A DNA stretch of 64,000 bases from an uncultured Verrucomicrobiota bacterium (GCA_964578605.1 CAZODO010000006.1:9622-73621), one strand, 5' to 3'; shown: positions 1 to 9,371, numbered from the stretch's first letter. Numbers and translations are program-made. The notes: generated from the letters alone by a model not told the origin.

Positions 1-3000
1 ACGGCAAGGCTCGTCCGGCGCGGATTGGAAAGGCGCACCAGGAACGTCTCGTCGAACTCCGCGAGATCGTCTCCATGCACCGCGATGCGGATCGTCGCGT
101 TCGTTTCTCCCGGGGCAAAGCGAACCGTGCCTGCGCCAATGACAAAATCGCTTCCACCCGACGCCGTGCCATTGAGGGTCGAGTAGTCGACCTCGATCAC
201 CTGGGCGCCCGGTTTGGAAAGAACCAATTTGAAGACGGCTTCGGTGTTCACCCGGGCTGGACCTTCGATGACGGAGACGCCGTCGATGACCAGTTCCGGG
301 AGGGTGGAATCGTCCAGAATGGTCCCTTTCGCTTGAGTGCGTTCGAGGCGCGCCCCGATTGGACTGGAGAAGTTCAGGAAGAAGGTCTCGGCCGGCTCGG
401 GGATCTTGTCGCCCACAATTTCGACCTGGATCTGGGCCTGGGTTGCGCCCGGGGCGAAGGCAAGGCGGCCGGACGCGGGCGTGTAATCCAGGGGTCCTTT
501 GGCCGTCTCGTCCGCCGTGGCGAAATCGACCGTCACGGGACGCTGCGGTGCGGCCGAGAGCGTGGCCGTGAAAGCCAGGGGAGCCGTTTCCCCGATGGGC
601 GGCTCGGCGATGGCCGGGTCATCGAAGCTCAGCGTTGGCAGGTCATCATCACCAATGACTGCCGTGCCCGTCGTTTGTTCTGCCGCCAGGGACGCGTTGG
701 CCGGCTGACTCAGAGTGACGGTGAACGTCTCGTCCGGTTCAATCAAGAGGTCGTCCAGAATCGGGATCGAAATAGTGGCCGTCGAGGCTCCGGCAGGAAT
801 CGTTGCCGTGCCGCGGCTGGCTACGTAATCCTCGCCCGCCCGTGCCGTGCCATCGGCAGTGGCATAGTCGACCGTCACAGGCCGGCCGACGATTTCTGAA
901 AGCCGAATGGTAAATTGGGCGCCGGCACCGCCGCTATGTTCCTGGGCGCGGCAATGGCTGATCGAAAGGCCGGCTGGCGGAGTGACCGTGGTGGTGACAA
1001 TGGCGGAGTTGTCCGTCGGGCGCGGTTCGTGTTGGGCGGCCTTGGCATAGAACACGCCGATCAACGGCGCTGTGTCCTGGGGCGCCACGACGATCCGCAC
1101 CGTGACGCCGGCCAGAGGTTCCAGGGTCCCCAGGTCGCACACGACGGTTTCGCCCTCGATCCGGCAGCCGCCCGGGGCGGCTTCCGCGGACCGCACGATG
1201 ACGGGTGCGCGCCAGGTGTTGGTCATCATCACCTGGGTCGCCACCGCCGGGCCGCGGTTCGTTACCATGAGGGTGTAGGCGAGGTCATGCGTCACGACCA
1301 CCGGGTCGGGCGCATCGGCGGCCGTGACCGCCAGATCGGCGCTCTGGCAACAGACCGGCTGGCCATCCACCAGGGTCCCCAAGCGGAATGGGAAGGACGC
1401 AATCCCGTAGTTCGTTCCCCCGTTCTCAATCTGCAACAGCGCCTCAAGCGATTGGCCGCACTCACCCTCTGCTTTGAACGTGAATGTCCGGCTGATCGGC
1501 TGCGACTCCGGTTCCAGGGATCCATAGCTCTGGGCGGCATTGATCGGCGTGATCCCCTGGCCGGCGAGCAACCGGCCCACGACGGCGGCGGAGGGCAGCG
1601 TCCCAACGTTCTGAAGCGCGAGCCGAACGATGACCGTCTCGCCCGGGTCGATCACCCCGTTGCCGGGCGTGCAGTCCTCGGCCTGAAGCGTCATCCCGGC
1701 AGCGACAATCGCGAGCGCATCTTCGTCGTTGACGATTGTGACGACGCCCTGCCTGTCCGCGATCACCGCGCCTTCCGGGCTGCTCAATTGGACGAGCGCC
1801 GTTTCGTTCGGCTCGAAAACGTCATCCCCGAACACCTCGATGGAGACCTCTCGCGATGTGCTCCCCGGTTCAAACACAAGCTGGCCGCTGGCCGGTGCGT
1901 AATCACTCCCGGCAGTGGCCGTGCCATCGGCGGTGGCATACCGCACCCTGACGCTATCGGCGCTCGGCCGGTTCAGCGTGATTCTCAGGACCGCATTGGT
2001 CGAGGTTCCGGCGGGGCCTTCCCGGACCGCGGCGTCGCTGATCACCAGCTTGCGGGTATCGTCGTCAAGGATCGTTCCGATCGCATGCACACGCCCTTCA
2101 CCGGCGTTGGCGAGCTGGCCCAGATCGATGACCAAGGTCTCGTCCGGCTCAATCGCAAGGTCGCCACGAACCTCCACGGAGAGCGTCGCGTTGGTCAAGC
2201 CCGGCTCGAACCGCACCTGGCCAGCGGCTGCCGTGTAATCGCCCGAGCCCGCGATGGCTGTGCCGTCGCGGGTCGCAAAGGCGGCCGTGACGACCGAACC
2301 GCTGGGCCGATCCAACTCGGCCGGGAACACCAGTTGAACCCTCCCGGAATCGCCTTCGATCACTTGCGCGTCTTTCAGGAACAGCTTGGGCGGAATGTCG
2401 TTGTCACGGATGATCCCGCGCGCCTGGGTGTTCGCCAATTGGGCATTCACCGGCCCGGTAAGGTTCAGGAAGAAGGTTTCGTCCGCTTCGGAGAGCAGAT
2501 CGTCAAGCACCGCGATGCGGATCAAGGCCTTGGTCTCCCGCGGTGCCAGCGTCACGATCCCGGAGGTGTCTTCGAAATCGAGCCCGCCTGTCGCGCTGCC
2601 GCCTGCGGTGGCGTACTGCAGGGTCACCGCGGCCTCCAGCGACGGTTCCGAGAGCGTCACCTCAAACGAAGCGACGGTCGCGCCTGGAGCCTCCGTGACG
2701 CCCGCATCGCTCACAGAGATCAGCGGAGCGCGATCGTCATTGAGGATCGTGGCGCGCGCCTCGGCGTTGGCGAGGACGGCGTTCACCGGGTTCTCGAGCT
2801 TGAGCAGAAAGGACTCGTCCGGTTCGAACCGGGCGTCGCCTCGGACTGCCACGGCAACCTGGGCGGAGAGGCTTCCCGGCGGGAGGGTCGCGGTTCCGAA
2901 CTTGGCGGTGTAATCGCTCCCGGCAACCGCCGTTCCGTCAGCGGTGCTATAGGAGACGCTGGCTGCCTGGGCGCTCGGGCTGGAGAGCGTCAGGGTAAAC

Positions 3001-4400
3001 GTGGCGTTGCTGGAACCTGCGTCGCCTTCCAGCAGTTCGATCGCCGCCACCGAGACCGACGGCGCCGGGTCGTTGTCCTGGATCGTCACGGTGGCTCGCT
3101 CCTGTCCAAGCGCCGCCCAAACGGGGTTTGACAACGTGACCGAGAACGTCTCGTCCGGCTCGTCCAGGATGTCGCCGGTGATCGGAATCTCCAGGATCTG
3201 TTCCAGGCTTCCTGCGGGAAATGTCAGCCTCCCGGAACGTGGCAGGTAATCCGCCGGCGCCGTCGCCATCCCGTCGCGGGTGGCATAATCGACCGTCACC
3301 GTTCGTCCCAAGGCGAACGAAAGCCTGACTGGGACCGAGAGCGAGGTCGTGCCGCCGTTGCCTTCCATGACGGCGACGTCCGCGATGGACACTTGGGGAA
3401 AGGCGTCGTCATTTCGAATCGTCCCCAGGCCGGACGCTTTCGCGATCGTGGCATTCTCCGGGTTGCTCAGGCTGACCGTGAAGATCTCATCCGGCTCCGG
3501 GGCGGTATCACCTACCACCTGAATGCTGATGTTGGTGCGGAGGACGCCAGGGGGAAAAACCAGCGTGCCCGAGCTGGCGACCAGATCCTCGCCGACGGTC
3601 GCGGTGCCGCTGGCGACGCTGTAATCGACCCGGATGTCGGCGGCCGTGGCCGGTCGCGTCAAAGACACGGTGAAGACCGCGACGCCCATCGCATTTCCTT
3701 CGATGACTTCGACATCCTCGATCGAAAGCCGCGGCTCGGCGTCGTCGTCAAAGATGGTCCCGACCGCGCGGGATTTCAGCATGCCGGCGCCGACAGGGTT
3801 GCGGAGCTGGACAAAGAAGCTCTCGTCTCCTTCGAGGACGGTATCGCCGCTCACGGCAACTTGAATTGCCTGAGAGGTGGTCCCGGGGGCGAACGTCAAG
3901 GACCCGGATTGCGCGACGTAATCCTGGCCTGCAATGGCGCTGGCGTTCACCGTCGCGTAATCGACGGTGATGGGTTCGCCGCCAGCAGCGGATAGGCTGG
4001 CCAGGAATTGCACGTCGCGCGACCCGCTGTCGCCCTCGAGCACGGCGGCGTCGGCGAGGGAAAGCAAGGGCCTGGGATCATCGTCCACAATGGCGCCAAT
4101 CCCGGTCCCCTGCACGATCGTCGCGTCAACCGTCGCCGCCAGGTTGACGAAGAAATCCTCCGAGCTCTCCGCGAGCAAGTCCCCGATGACGGGCACGTCG
4201 ATGGCGACCGACACCACTCCTGGCGGGAAAAGGGCCGTGCCGGATTGGGCAAGGTAATCCACGCCCGCGCGCGCGGTGCCGTCCTCCGTCGAATAGCCGA
4301 CCGTCAGGGGCAGGCTGCTGGGCAGCGACAAGCTGAGCGTGAAGAGCGCCTGGGTCGTTCCGCTATGGCCTTCGATGACGGTGGCATCGCCGATCGAAAT
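1..4400 (-). repeat. Tandem in-frame coding repeats (Calx-beta units, ~324 bp period; roughly 13 units estimated from unit length, not counted individually)
   Basis: The pattern xVxEGxxG...VxYxTxxGTAxxGxDYxxxxGTLxFxPGxxxxxIxVxVxxDxxxExDExFxVxL recurs in every hand-translated stretch. The first unit starts at about 4400 (RRISIGDATVIEG). Confidence 0.7.
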
Positions 4401-5198
4401 TCTTCGCAGGCTCGCACCCGGCACCGCGAGATCGTCAATTGAAAGCGTGATTGAACCCGCGGCGGCATCGAGATCCCGGGCACCGCTGTTCTGCAGGCCA
4501 ATCCGGTCCAGGGCCAGCCCGTGCCCCGGCGGCAGCGTGGCGGTGGAGAACCCGGCAAGGTTCGTGAATCCCGGTCCATTGAAGATTTCCAATGCAAACT
4601 GGCGCGTGGCGCCCTTGAACCGGCCGGAAACCAGGTATTCCATGCCCAACTCAATCGGGATGGCGCTGCCCGTAAAACTCTCGTCGAAACTCTCGATGTT
4701 GGCATGCGCGACCAACTCGCCGCCGGCCAGCGAAAGCACCATCACCAGTCCGTCTCCGAAATCGCCCACATGCTGCTCCGTCATCAGGCCCACGAAAACC
4801 GCGGGGCGGTTCTGGTTGTCAAAATTCATTACGCGGAACCGCGCCGAAAAGCTCGCGTCGGACGCCTCGTTCAACCTGGCAAACGCCTGGGAGACGTAAG
4901 ACGCCGGGCTGGCGTCCACATCGAGGACAGCCGTAAGGCGCCCGCCGGCTGCCTCGAACGCGAAAGCCGACTCCGTCCCCGCCGTTTGTTGGATGAAGCG
5001 GCCGTTCGCAACGGGGTCGTTGGCAAACGCTTCATGAAAGGGCTGGGCGCTGGCCGCCGAGCCGCTCTCCAGGAGCAAGCTTCCCAGCAGCAGCAGGCCG
5101 AAGACGGCCCAAGGTTTCGGAGCACCCGGGCGAAGGTGCTCCTGCGGGGATCTCCAGGGGCTAGGGCCGCTGGCCTGAGACGAGCGCTGTCCTGTCAC
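1..5198 (-). CDS. Giant secreted Calx-beta repeat protein; the N-terminus is in the window and the 3' end runs off the left edge (about 1730 codons visible)
   Basis: Absent from the supplied ORF track because no stop codon lies in the window. I translated the reverse strand by hand for ~1-330, ~3270-4100 and ~4100-5198. All three segments are open, and codon phase agrees between position 200 and 5198 (4998 nt = 1666 codons). The N-terminus VTGQRSSQ...PKPWAVFGLLLLGSLLLESGSAASA/QP is signal-peptide-like. A ~200-aa non-repeat domain follows, then tandem ~108-aa units with the Calx-beta signature. Examples: ISIGDATVIEGHSGTTQALFTLSLS..VGYSTEDGTARAGVDYLAQSGTALFPPGVVSVAIDVPVIGDLLAESSEDFFVNL, and near the edge VDYSTLNGTASGGSDFVIGAGTVRFAPGETNATIRIAVHGDDLAEFDETFLVRLSNP. 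GTG at 5198 is the only start-like codon upstream of the signal peptide, so the start is less certain than the gene itself. Confidence 0.85.
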   Translation of the reverse strand, partial: MTGQRSSQASGPSPWRSPQEHLRPGAPKPWAVFGLLLLGSLLLESGSAASAQPFHEAFANDPVANGRFIQQTAGTESAFAFEAAGGRLTAVLDVDASPASYVSQAFARLNEASDASFSARFRVMNFDNQNRPAVFVGLMTEQHVGDFGDGLVMVLSLAGGELVAHANIESFDESFTGSAIPIELGMEYLVSGRFKGATRQFALEIFNGPGFTNLAGFSTATLPPGHGLALDRIGLQNSGARDLDAAAGSITLSIDDLAVPGASLRRISIGDATVIEGHSGTTQALFTLSLSLPSSLPLTVGYSTEDGTARAGVDYLAQSGTALFPPGVVSVAIDVPVIGDLLAESSEDFFVNLAATVDATIVQGTGIGAIVDDDPRPLLSLADAAVLEGDSGSRDVQFLASLSAAGGEPITVDYATVNASAIAGQDYVAQSGSLTFAPGTTSQAIQVAVSGDTVLEGDESFFVQLRNPVGAGMLKSRAVGTIFDDDAEPRLSIEDVEVIEGNAMGVAVFTVSLTRPATAADIRVDYSVASGTATVGEDLVASSGTLVFPPGVLRTNISIQVVGDTAPEPDEIFTVSLSNPENATIAKASGLGTIRNDDAFPQVSIADVAVMEGNGGTTSLSVPVRLSFALGRTVTVDYATRDGMATAPADYLPRSGRLTFPAGSLEQILEIPITGDILDEPDETFSVTLSNPVWAALGQERATVTIQDNDPAPSVSVAAIELLEGDAGSSNATFTLTLSSPSAQAASVSYSTADGTAVAGSDYTAKFGTATLPPGSLSAQVAVAVRGDARFEPDESFLLKLENPVNAVLANAEARATILNDDRAPLISVSDAGVTEAPGATVASFEVTLSEPSLEAAVTLQYATAGGSATGGLDFEDTSGIVTLAPRETKALIRIAVLDDLLSEADETFFLNLTGPVNAQLANTQARGIIRDNDIPPKLFLKDAQVIEGDSGRVQLVFPAELDRPSGSVVTAAFATRDGTAIAGSGDYTAAAGQVRFEPGLTNATLSVEVRGDLAIEPDETLVIDLGQLANAGEGRVHAIGTILDDDTRKLVISDAAVREGPAGTSTNAVLRITLNRPSADSVRVRYATADGTATAGSDYAPASGQLVFEPGSTSREVSIEVFGDDVFEPNETALVQLSSPEGAVIADRQGVVTIVNDEDALAIVAAGMTLQAEDCTPGNGVIDPGETVIVRLALQNVGTLPSAAVVGRLLAGQGITPINAAQSYGSLEPESQPISRTFTFKAEGECGQSLEALLQIENGGTNYGIASFPFRLGTLVDGQPVCCQSADLAVTAADAPDPVVVTHDLAYTLMVTNRGPAVATQVMMTNTWRAPVIVRSAEAAPGGCRIEGETVVCDLGTLEPLAGVTVRIVVAPQDTAPLIGVFYAKAAQHEPRPTDNSAIVTTTVTPPAGLSISHCRAQEHSGGAGAQFTIRLSEIVGRPVTVDYATADGTARAGEDYVASRGTATIPAGASTATISIPILDDLLIEPDETFTVTLSQPANASLAAEQTTGTAVIGDDDLPTLSFDDPAIAEPPIGETAPLAFTATLSAAPQRPVTVDFATADETAKGPLDYTPASGRLAFAPGATQAQIQVEIVGDKIPEPAETFFLNFSSPIGARLERTQAKGTILDDSTLPELVIDGVSVIEGPARVNTEAVFKLVLSKPGAQVIEVDYSTLNGTASGGSDFVIGAGTVRFAPGETNATIRIAVHGDDLAEFDETFLVRLSNPRRTSLA

Positions 5199-5219
5199 AG
5201 AGAGAGGGTGGAATGCGGG

Positions 5220-8200
5220 TCATTGCGCGCGGCGGACGCGGTAGTACCGGGTTGAGGTAACGGTGGAGTGGGTGGTTTCGCAGAGGGGATCTTCGCCTTT
5301 CCAGAACGTTTGCAGCGGGGTCCATTCCTGGAGGCTGCCATCCGGCGAGAGGTCGGTGCAGGTTTCCAGGGTGTAAATGCCCCCCACTTCGCCGCCTTCC
5401 AGGCAGATGGTAATCAGCTCCGGAGTCAAGCGCCGGACCACCAGTCGCAAAGTGGACACGGGGCCGCTGGGCCCTGCCGTAAAGGATGCCACGGCACTCT
5501 TGGGCGGGTTCCCGTCGTCGGTGACCCGCACCGAGATAATGGCTTGGGCCGTTGCCTGGGTCGGCGTGGGCGTCCAGCTAAACCGGCCGGTCTCCGGATC
5601 CAGGGTCGCTCCGAAGGGCGCCCCCTGGTCCAGGCTGAACCGGAGGTTCTGGGCAGGCCGATCGGGATCGAACGCGGTAATGTTAAACTCCAGCGGCACG
5701 CCGCCTTCCAGGGTTTTGGGCCCGATCGGATCGATTCCGGGCGCGGCGTTGGTCTCCAGAACGGTGACCCGGAGCGTCAGGCACTCGATCGCTTTCGAGG
5801 GGTCATTCACATCCGTCGCACAGACCTGGACCGGGAAGACCCCGGGCCCGTGCTCTTCCGAGGGCAGCCAAACCAGAATGCCCAGCGCCTGGTCGATGCT
5901 CATCCCGGGGGGCGCTCCGGGTCCGAGCGTGAAGTGCAGATTTTGGCAGGGCGACGTGAAGGAATAGGCGAAAAGCGTGCCCTCCACCACGGTGGTATCG
6001 CCGACGGTCTGGAGCACCGAGGCCTGGAGTTTGATCTCGTCCAAGTACCATCCGGTGCTCACCTCGGCATCGCCATTCGAGCGAAACCGGAACCCGACTT
6101 GGACGGTCTTTCCTGCAAATGGCGCCAGATCGATATACCCAGCCGTCCAGGCCAGGCTTGAACCGCTGATCGGGCCGAGCACCGGCTGCCATTCGCCGTC
6201 GACTTCGCGAATTTCCACCGTTCCCTCATCGCCGCCCGCGATCGAGTACCAATGAGCGAATCGCAAGGCCGGGACCGCGTCGGCGCACGGCACGCTGAAG
6301 GGCGGGCTGACCAGGCGCGAATCGGTGCTGGGGGCATACTTGCCGAAATTGAACCGCAGCACCGTGGCGACCACGTTGGTTCCTTTAAACGTCTCGCCCG
6401 GCCCTGACCCGGGCGGTCCCGCTTCCCAGGTGCCATTTTCAACCATCCAGTTCCCCAGACCCGACTCGAAGCCTTCCGCGGCGTTGAACGTGTCCAGGTT
6501 GGCCGGGCCGGTCTCCACCACGACGTCGTCGAGATACCAGCCGCGCCCGACATCCCCGTCGCTGTTCGATTCGAAATGGAACCCGATGCGCACCGGTTTT
6601 CCGGCGAACGGCCGCAGATCCATCGAGCGCCTTGTCCAAACGACTCCGTTTCCGGAGAACGAGCCTGCCAGGTGCTGCCAAGGGCCTCCGGCAACGCTGA
6701 TTTCGACCGTCCCTTTGTCCCCGGGCAAAATGCTGAACCAATGCCAGAACCGCAGGCGCGGGTTCTCCACGGCCTGCGGCACCGTAAACTCAGGGCTGCT
6801 CAACCGGGAGTCGGTCTCCGGGCTATAATTGTCGAGCACCACCGTCCCCGCGCACTTGACCCCGCTCACCGCCTGGTCCGGCCACGCCTCGGGCTGCCGG
6901 ATTTCCCAGCTCCCCCGGTCCACCGACCACGCGCCAAATCCCTCCTCGAACGTCTGCGCCTGGTTCACCAGCGAGCCCGGGCTCACGCCCACTTCCACTC
7001 GAACCTCGTCGATTTGCCACCCGGCGGCGACCTGGTTGTCCTCATTGGCCTGGAAGCGGAAAGCCACTTGGACCCGCTGCCCTGCGAACGCGGCCAGATC
7101 AATCGAGAAGGGCGCCCAATTGCCGTCGTTCGCCACCAACGCGCCCGCCAGCACCTGCCATTCGCCTCCCACCGCCCGCATCTCCACGCTCGCCGGGTCG
7201 CCCGGATGGTTCCGGAGCCATTGCCAAAATCGCAGGCGCGGGTGTTCGTCCGCAGCCGGCACGGTGAATTCCGGGCTGATCAGCCGCGAGTCCGTATTGG
7301 GGTGATACCCTTCATTCAGGGCCGTGCCCGCGCAGGAACTTCCCGAAGGAGGCGAAGCGGGTCCCAGGACGGGCGGCCCGAATTGCCAAACGCCCCGTTC
7401 CGCCGCCCAGGGTCTGCGGTTGGTTTCGAACCCCTCCGGCTCGTTGACCGCATCCCAGTCCACCGGCCCGGTTTCCACCGTGACGTCGTCGACATACCAG
7501 CCAGCCGCGATGTTGAAATCGTCGTTCGATTGGAAATGGAAGGCGATCTGCACCGGTTGGCCGGCGAAAGGCCGCAGATCGAGCAAAGCCCGCGTCCATG
7601 GGCTGTTGCCATGGTACAAGGGCGAGAACGGCACCCAGGCCCCACCTCCCGCGCTGATCTCCACCCGGGCCGGGTCGCCTTCAAAAATGCTGAACCAATG
7701 CCAAAACGCGAGCCGCGGGTTCTGCGCCGCGGCCGGCACCACGAATTCCGGGCTGATCAGGCGCGAATCGGTTCCGGGCGCATAGAAGCCGTCGAGCACT
7801 GTGCCGGCGCAATTCTGGCCGAAGGCCAAGCCCGGCCCGGAGGTCACCTTCCCGATCTCCCAACCCTTCTGACTGATGACCCAGTTGCCCAGCCCGGATT
7901 CGAATCCTTCCACCGAGCCGATCAGATCCTCGCCTGTCGGGCCGGTTTCAACCACCACGTCGTCCACATACCATCCAGCCGCCACTTCCTCTCCAGCGCC
8001 GGCCTGCAAATGGAAGGCAATCTGCACCGATTGCCCGCTGAACGGGCTCAGGTCCACCAGCGCGCGTCCCCAATCCTCGTTGGACCAGCCCGAAGCCGCC
8101 TCGATGGCCTGCCACTCGCCTGCCCCCACCTTCACTTCAAGCGTGCGGTTGCTTCCTGGCGCCCCTCGGAACCAATGCCAAAACCTCAAGCGCGGCTGCT

Positions 8201-8549
8201 CGGTTGCGGGAGGGACCGTGAACACCCGGTCCCGAACAAAACGAGCGTCAGCCCCGGGCGGATAATTGCCATTGAGCACCGTTGCGGCGCATTGGGCGCC
8301 TGCAAAGGCGCGTTGGGGACCCGAACTGGGGGTTCCAACCGCCCAGACCCCGCCCTCCACATGCCAGCGCTCCCAGGGATCTTCATCCAGTTCAAACCCC
8401 TCTTTCCAGAGAACAGTCGCCTGTCCGAGACAATTCCAGGACAGCACTGTCGCAAAAAAGAGAAATATTGGGACAAACTTCCCAACCCGACAGGTCCATT
8501 GGGCAATGGACCCTAGCCGCCATCTGAAATTGACGCTCATCAGCTTCAA
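5220..8549 (-). CDS. Large secreted protein: signal peptide, 5 tandem ~160-aa MAM-like/jelly-roll-like repeats, two cadherin-like/Ig-like domains, and a C-terminal ...YYRV module
   Basis: 1109-aa ORF with an N-terminal hydrophobic segment (FVPIFLFFATVLSWNCLGQA). There are five repeats of EGFExxxxxWxxxxGxWxxGxPxSGPxxAxxGxxCAxTVLxGxYxPxxDSRLxSPEFxVPxxxxxPRLRFWHWFxxxxGDxxxVExxxxGGxWxxL...W....DLxPFAGQxVQIxFxFxSxxDxxVxxGWYxDDVxVExG. The C-terminal part reads PPGMSIDQALGILVWLP.. and ..FSLDQGAPFGATLDPETGRFSWTPTP..VRVTDDGNPPKSA, which is cadherin-like / dystroglycan-type. The stop lies 21 nt upstream of the Calx-beta gene start, so the two are probably one operon. Confidence 0.85.
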   Translation of the reverse strand: MKLMSVNFRWRLGSIAQWTCRVGKFVPIFLFFATVLSWNCLGQATVLWKEGFELDEDPWERWHVEGGVWAVGTPSSGPQRAFAGAQCAATVLNGNYPPGADARFVRDRVFTVPPATEQPRLRFWHWFRGAPGSNRTLEVKVGAGEWQAIEAASGWSNEDWGRALVDLSPFSGQSVQIAFHLQAGAGEEVAAGWYVDDVVVETGPTGEDLIGSVEGFESGLGNWVISQKGWEIGKVTSGPGLAFGQNCAGTVLDGFYAPGTDSRLISPEFVVPAAAQNPRLAFWHWFSIFEGDPARVEISAGGGAWVPFSPLYHGNSPWTRALLDLRPFAGQPVQIAFHFQSNDDFNIAAGWYVDDVTVETGPVDWDAVNEPEGFETNRRPWAAERGVWQFGPPVLGPASPPSGSSCAGTALNEGYHPNTDSRLISPEFTVPAADEHPRLRFWQWLRNHPGDPASVEMRAVGGEWQVLAGALVANDGNWAPFSIDLAAFAGQRVQVAFRFQANEDNQVAAGWQIDEVRVEVGVSPGSLVNQAQTFEEGFGAWSVDRGSWEIRQPEAWPDQAVSGVKCAGTVVLDNYSPETDSRLSSPEFTVPQAVENPRLRFWHWFSILPGDKGTVEISVAGGPWQHLAGSFSGNGVVWTRRSMDLRPFAGKPVRIGFHFESNSDGDVGRGWYLDDVVVETGPANLDTFNAAEGFESGLGNWMVENGTWEAGPPGSGPGETFKGTNVVATVLRFNFGKYAPSTDSRLVSPPFSVPCADAVPALRFAHWYSIAGGDEGTVEIREVDGEWQPVLGPISGSSLAWTAGYIDLAPFAGKTVQVGFRFRSNGDAEVSTGWYLDEIKLQASVLQTVGDTTVVEGTLFAYSFTSPCQNLHFTLGPGAPPGMSIDQALGILVWLPSEEHGPGVFPVQVCATDVNDPSKAIECLTLRVTVLETNAAPGIDPIGPKTLEGGVPLEFNITAFDPDRPAQNLRFSLDQGAPFGATLDPETGRFSWTPTPTQATAQAIISVRVTDDGNPPKSAVASFTAGPSGPVSTLRLVVRRLTPELITICLEGGEVGGIYTLETCTDLSPDGSLQEWTPLQTFWKGEDPLCETTHSTVTSTRYYRVRRAQ
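6015..8405 (-). repeat. Five divergent tandem coding repeats (aa 49-845 of the 1109-aa protein; units of 164, 158, 163, 157 and 155 aa)
   Basis: I counted unit boundaries directly on the translated ORF. Each unit begins with (K/V/P/E/A)EGFE and ends with GWYxDDVxVETGP or a variant of it. Confidence 0.8.
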
Positions 8550-8670
8550 AGGTTTACCACACTAGCGCGAATTCTGAGTGCTGGCCTATCCCCAGTCAAC
8601 AGCAATTATCGAACCAATCTTAGCCCCTGCGCACCGCACCGTCTCCGGCAGGCCCCATCCCTCTACCACC

Positions 8671-8704
8671 CTCTTACGCTTACGCTTGCTCTTCCTCTTA
8701 CGCT
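8671..8704 (+). repeat. CT-rich tract with a 6-bp period (ctctta cgctta cgcttg ctcttc ctctta cgct)
   Basis: Read directly. A similar hexamer-period tract occurs on the opposite strand at about 48005-48035 (gtcttcttgctcttgctcctgctcttg). Confidence 0.6.
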
Positions 8705-8709
8705 AAACT

Positions 8710-8742
8710 CGGTCTTCACCCGGTCTTCACCCGGTCTTCACT
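8710..8742 (+). repeat. Three direct 11-bp repeats, CGGTCTTCACC x3 (the last copy ends in T)
   Basis: Copies at 8710-8720, 8721-8731 and 8732-8742, read directly. The array sits in the divergent intergenic region between the 8549(-) gene and the cytochrome c gene. Confidence 0.9.
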
Positions 8743-8752
8743 CGATCGGGAA

Positions 8753-8796
8753 CGGGTGATCTACGGGTGATCTACGGGTGATCTACGGGTGAACCC
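8753..8796 (+). repeat. Three direct 11-bp repeats, CGGGTGATCTA x3, plus one degenerate copy (CGGGTGAACCC)
   Basis: Copies at 8753-8763, 8764-8774 and 8775-8785, with the degenerate copy at 8786-8796. The GGTGA core is the reverse complement of the TCACC core of the neighbouring array, so the two arrays face each other. Confidence 0.9.
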
Positions 8797-9041
8797 CGGA
8801 CGGATCTGGTCGGCTGCTGGGCGGGAGGCCGGTTCAAGGCTTGGTTTGAATGCCGCCAGCGCGAGAGAGTCAAATGACCAGGTTTGATCCTCGACAACGC
8901 CAATAAATGTTTAGCGTTGAGCAAATTTGGGAATGCCAGACGGCATGCCCGCCGGGGACAATGCTGCCGTTAACTGCGGTCGGCCCCTGGAAGGCCAGAA
9001 TCCGTCACCGCCCGAGTCAATCAATGAACAGTTGCTACGCT

Positions 9042-9371
9042 ATGAAGAGAATCGTTCTTTCCACTTTTGCGATCGTCGCCGCCTCGGTGTTGTCCGTGTC
9101 AGCCGCCGATGCCAAGGCGATCTATACGAAAGAGTGCGCCAAATGCCACGGTGCGGACGGCAAAGGCGGCACGAAAATGGGCAAGAAGCAGGGCGCCAGA
9201 GACTATACCGATCCCGCCGTGCAGGCCTCGGTGACGGACGACGTCGCGTTCAAGGCGATCAAGGAAGGGCTGAAGGACAAAGCGGGCAAGACGCTCATGC
9301 AACCTTCGCCCGAGTTGTCGGACGGGGATATCAAAGGCTTGATCGCTTATATGCGGAAGTTTAAGAAGTAG
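9042..9371 (+). CDS. Small periplasmic monohaem class I c-type cytochrome
   Basis: Signal peptide MKRIVLSTFAIVAASVLSVSAADA, a single CAKCH haem motif and a distal Met candidate (TLMQP). The internal ATG at 9042 is chosen over the ORF-track start at 8907 because it begins the signal peptide. Confidence 0.85.
   Translation: MKRIVLSTFAIVAASVLSVSAADAKAIYTKECAKCHGADGKGGTKMGKKQGARDYTDPAVQASVTDDVAFKAIKEGLKDKAGKTLMQPSPELSDGDIKGLIAYMRKFKK

Noticed and set aside
75-5255. Long plus-strand ORFs (75..899, 915..3131, 3393..3995, 4008..4442, 4521..5255 and nested ones).
   Set aside because: Their translations are Arg/Gly/Asp-rich strings with no motifs. The opposite strand reads as textbook Calx-beta repeats in one continuous frame. 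These are antisense shadow ORFs of a GC-rich gene.
5268-8565. Plus-strand ORFs over the MAM-like repeat gene, including the 646-aa ORF 6576..8516.
   Set aside because: Pro/Arg-rich and lacking motifs. The minus-strand 1109-aa ORF has a signal peptide and five clearly homologous repeats.
8710-8796. A CRISPR array as an explanation for the short direct repeats.
   Set aside because: The units are only 11 bp and directly abut each other with no spacers, and no cas genes are present. They are tandem repeats or binding-site arrays, not CRISPR.
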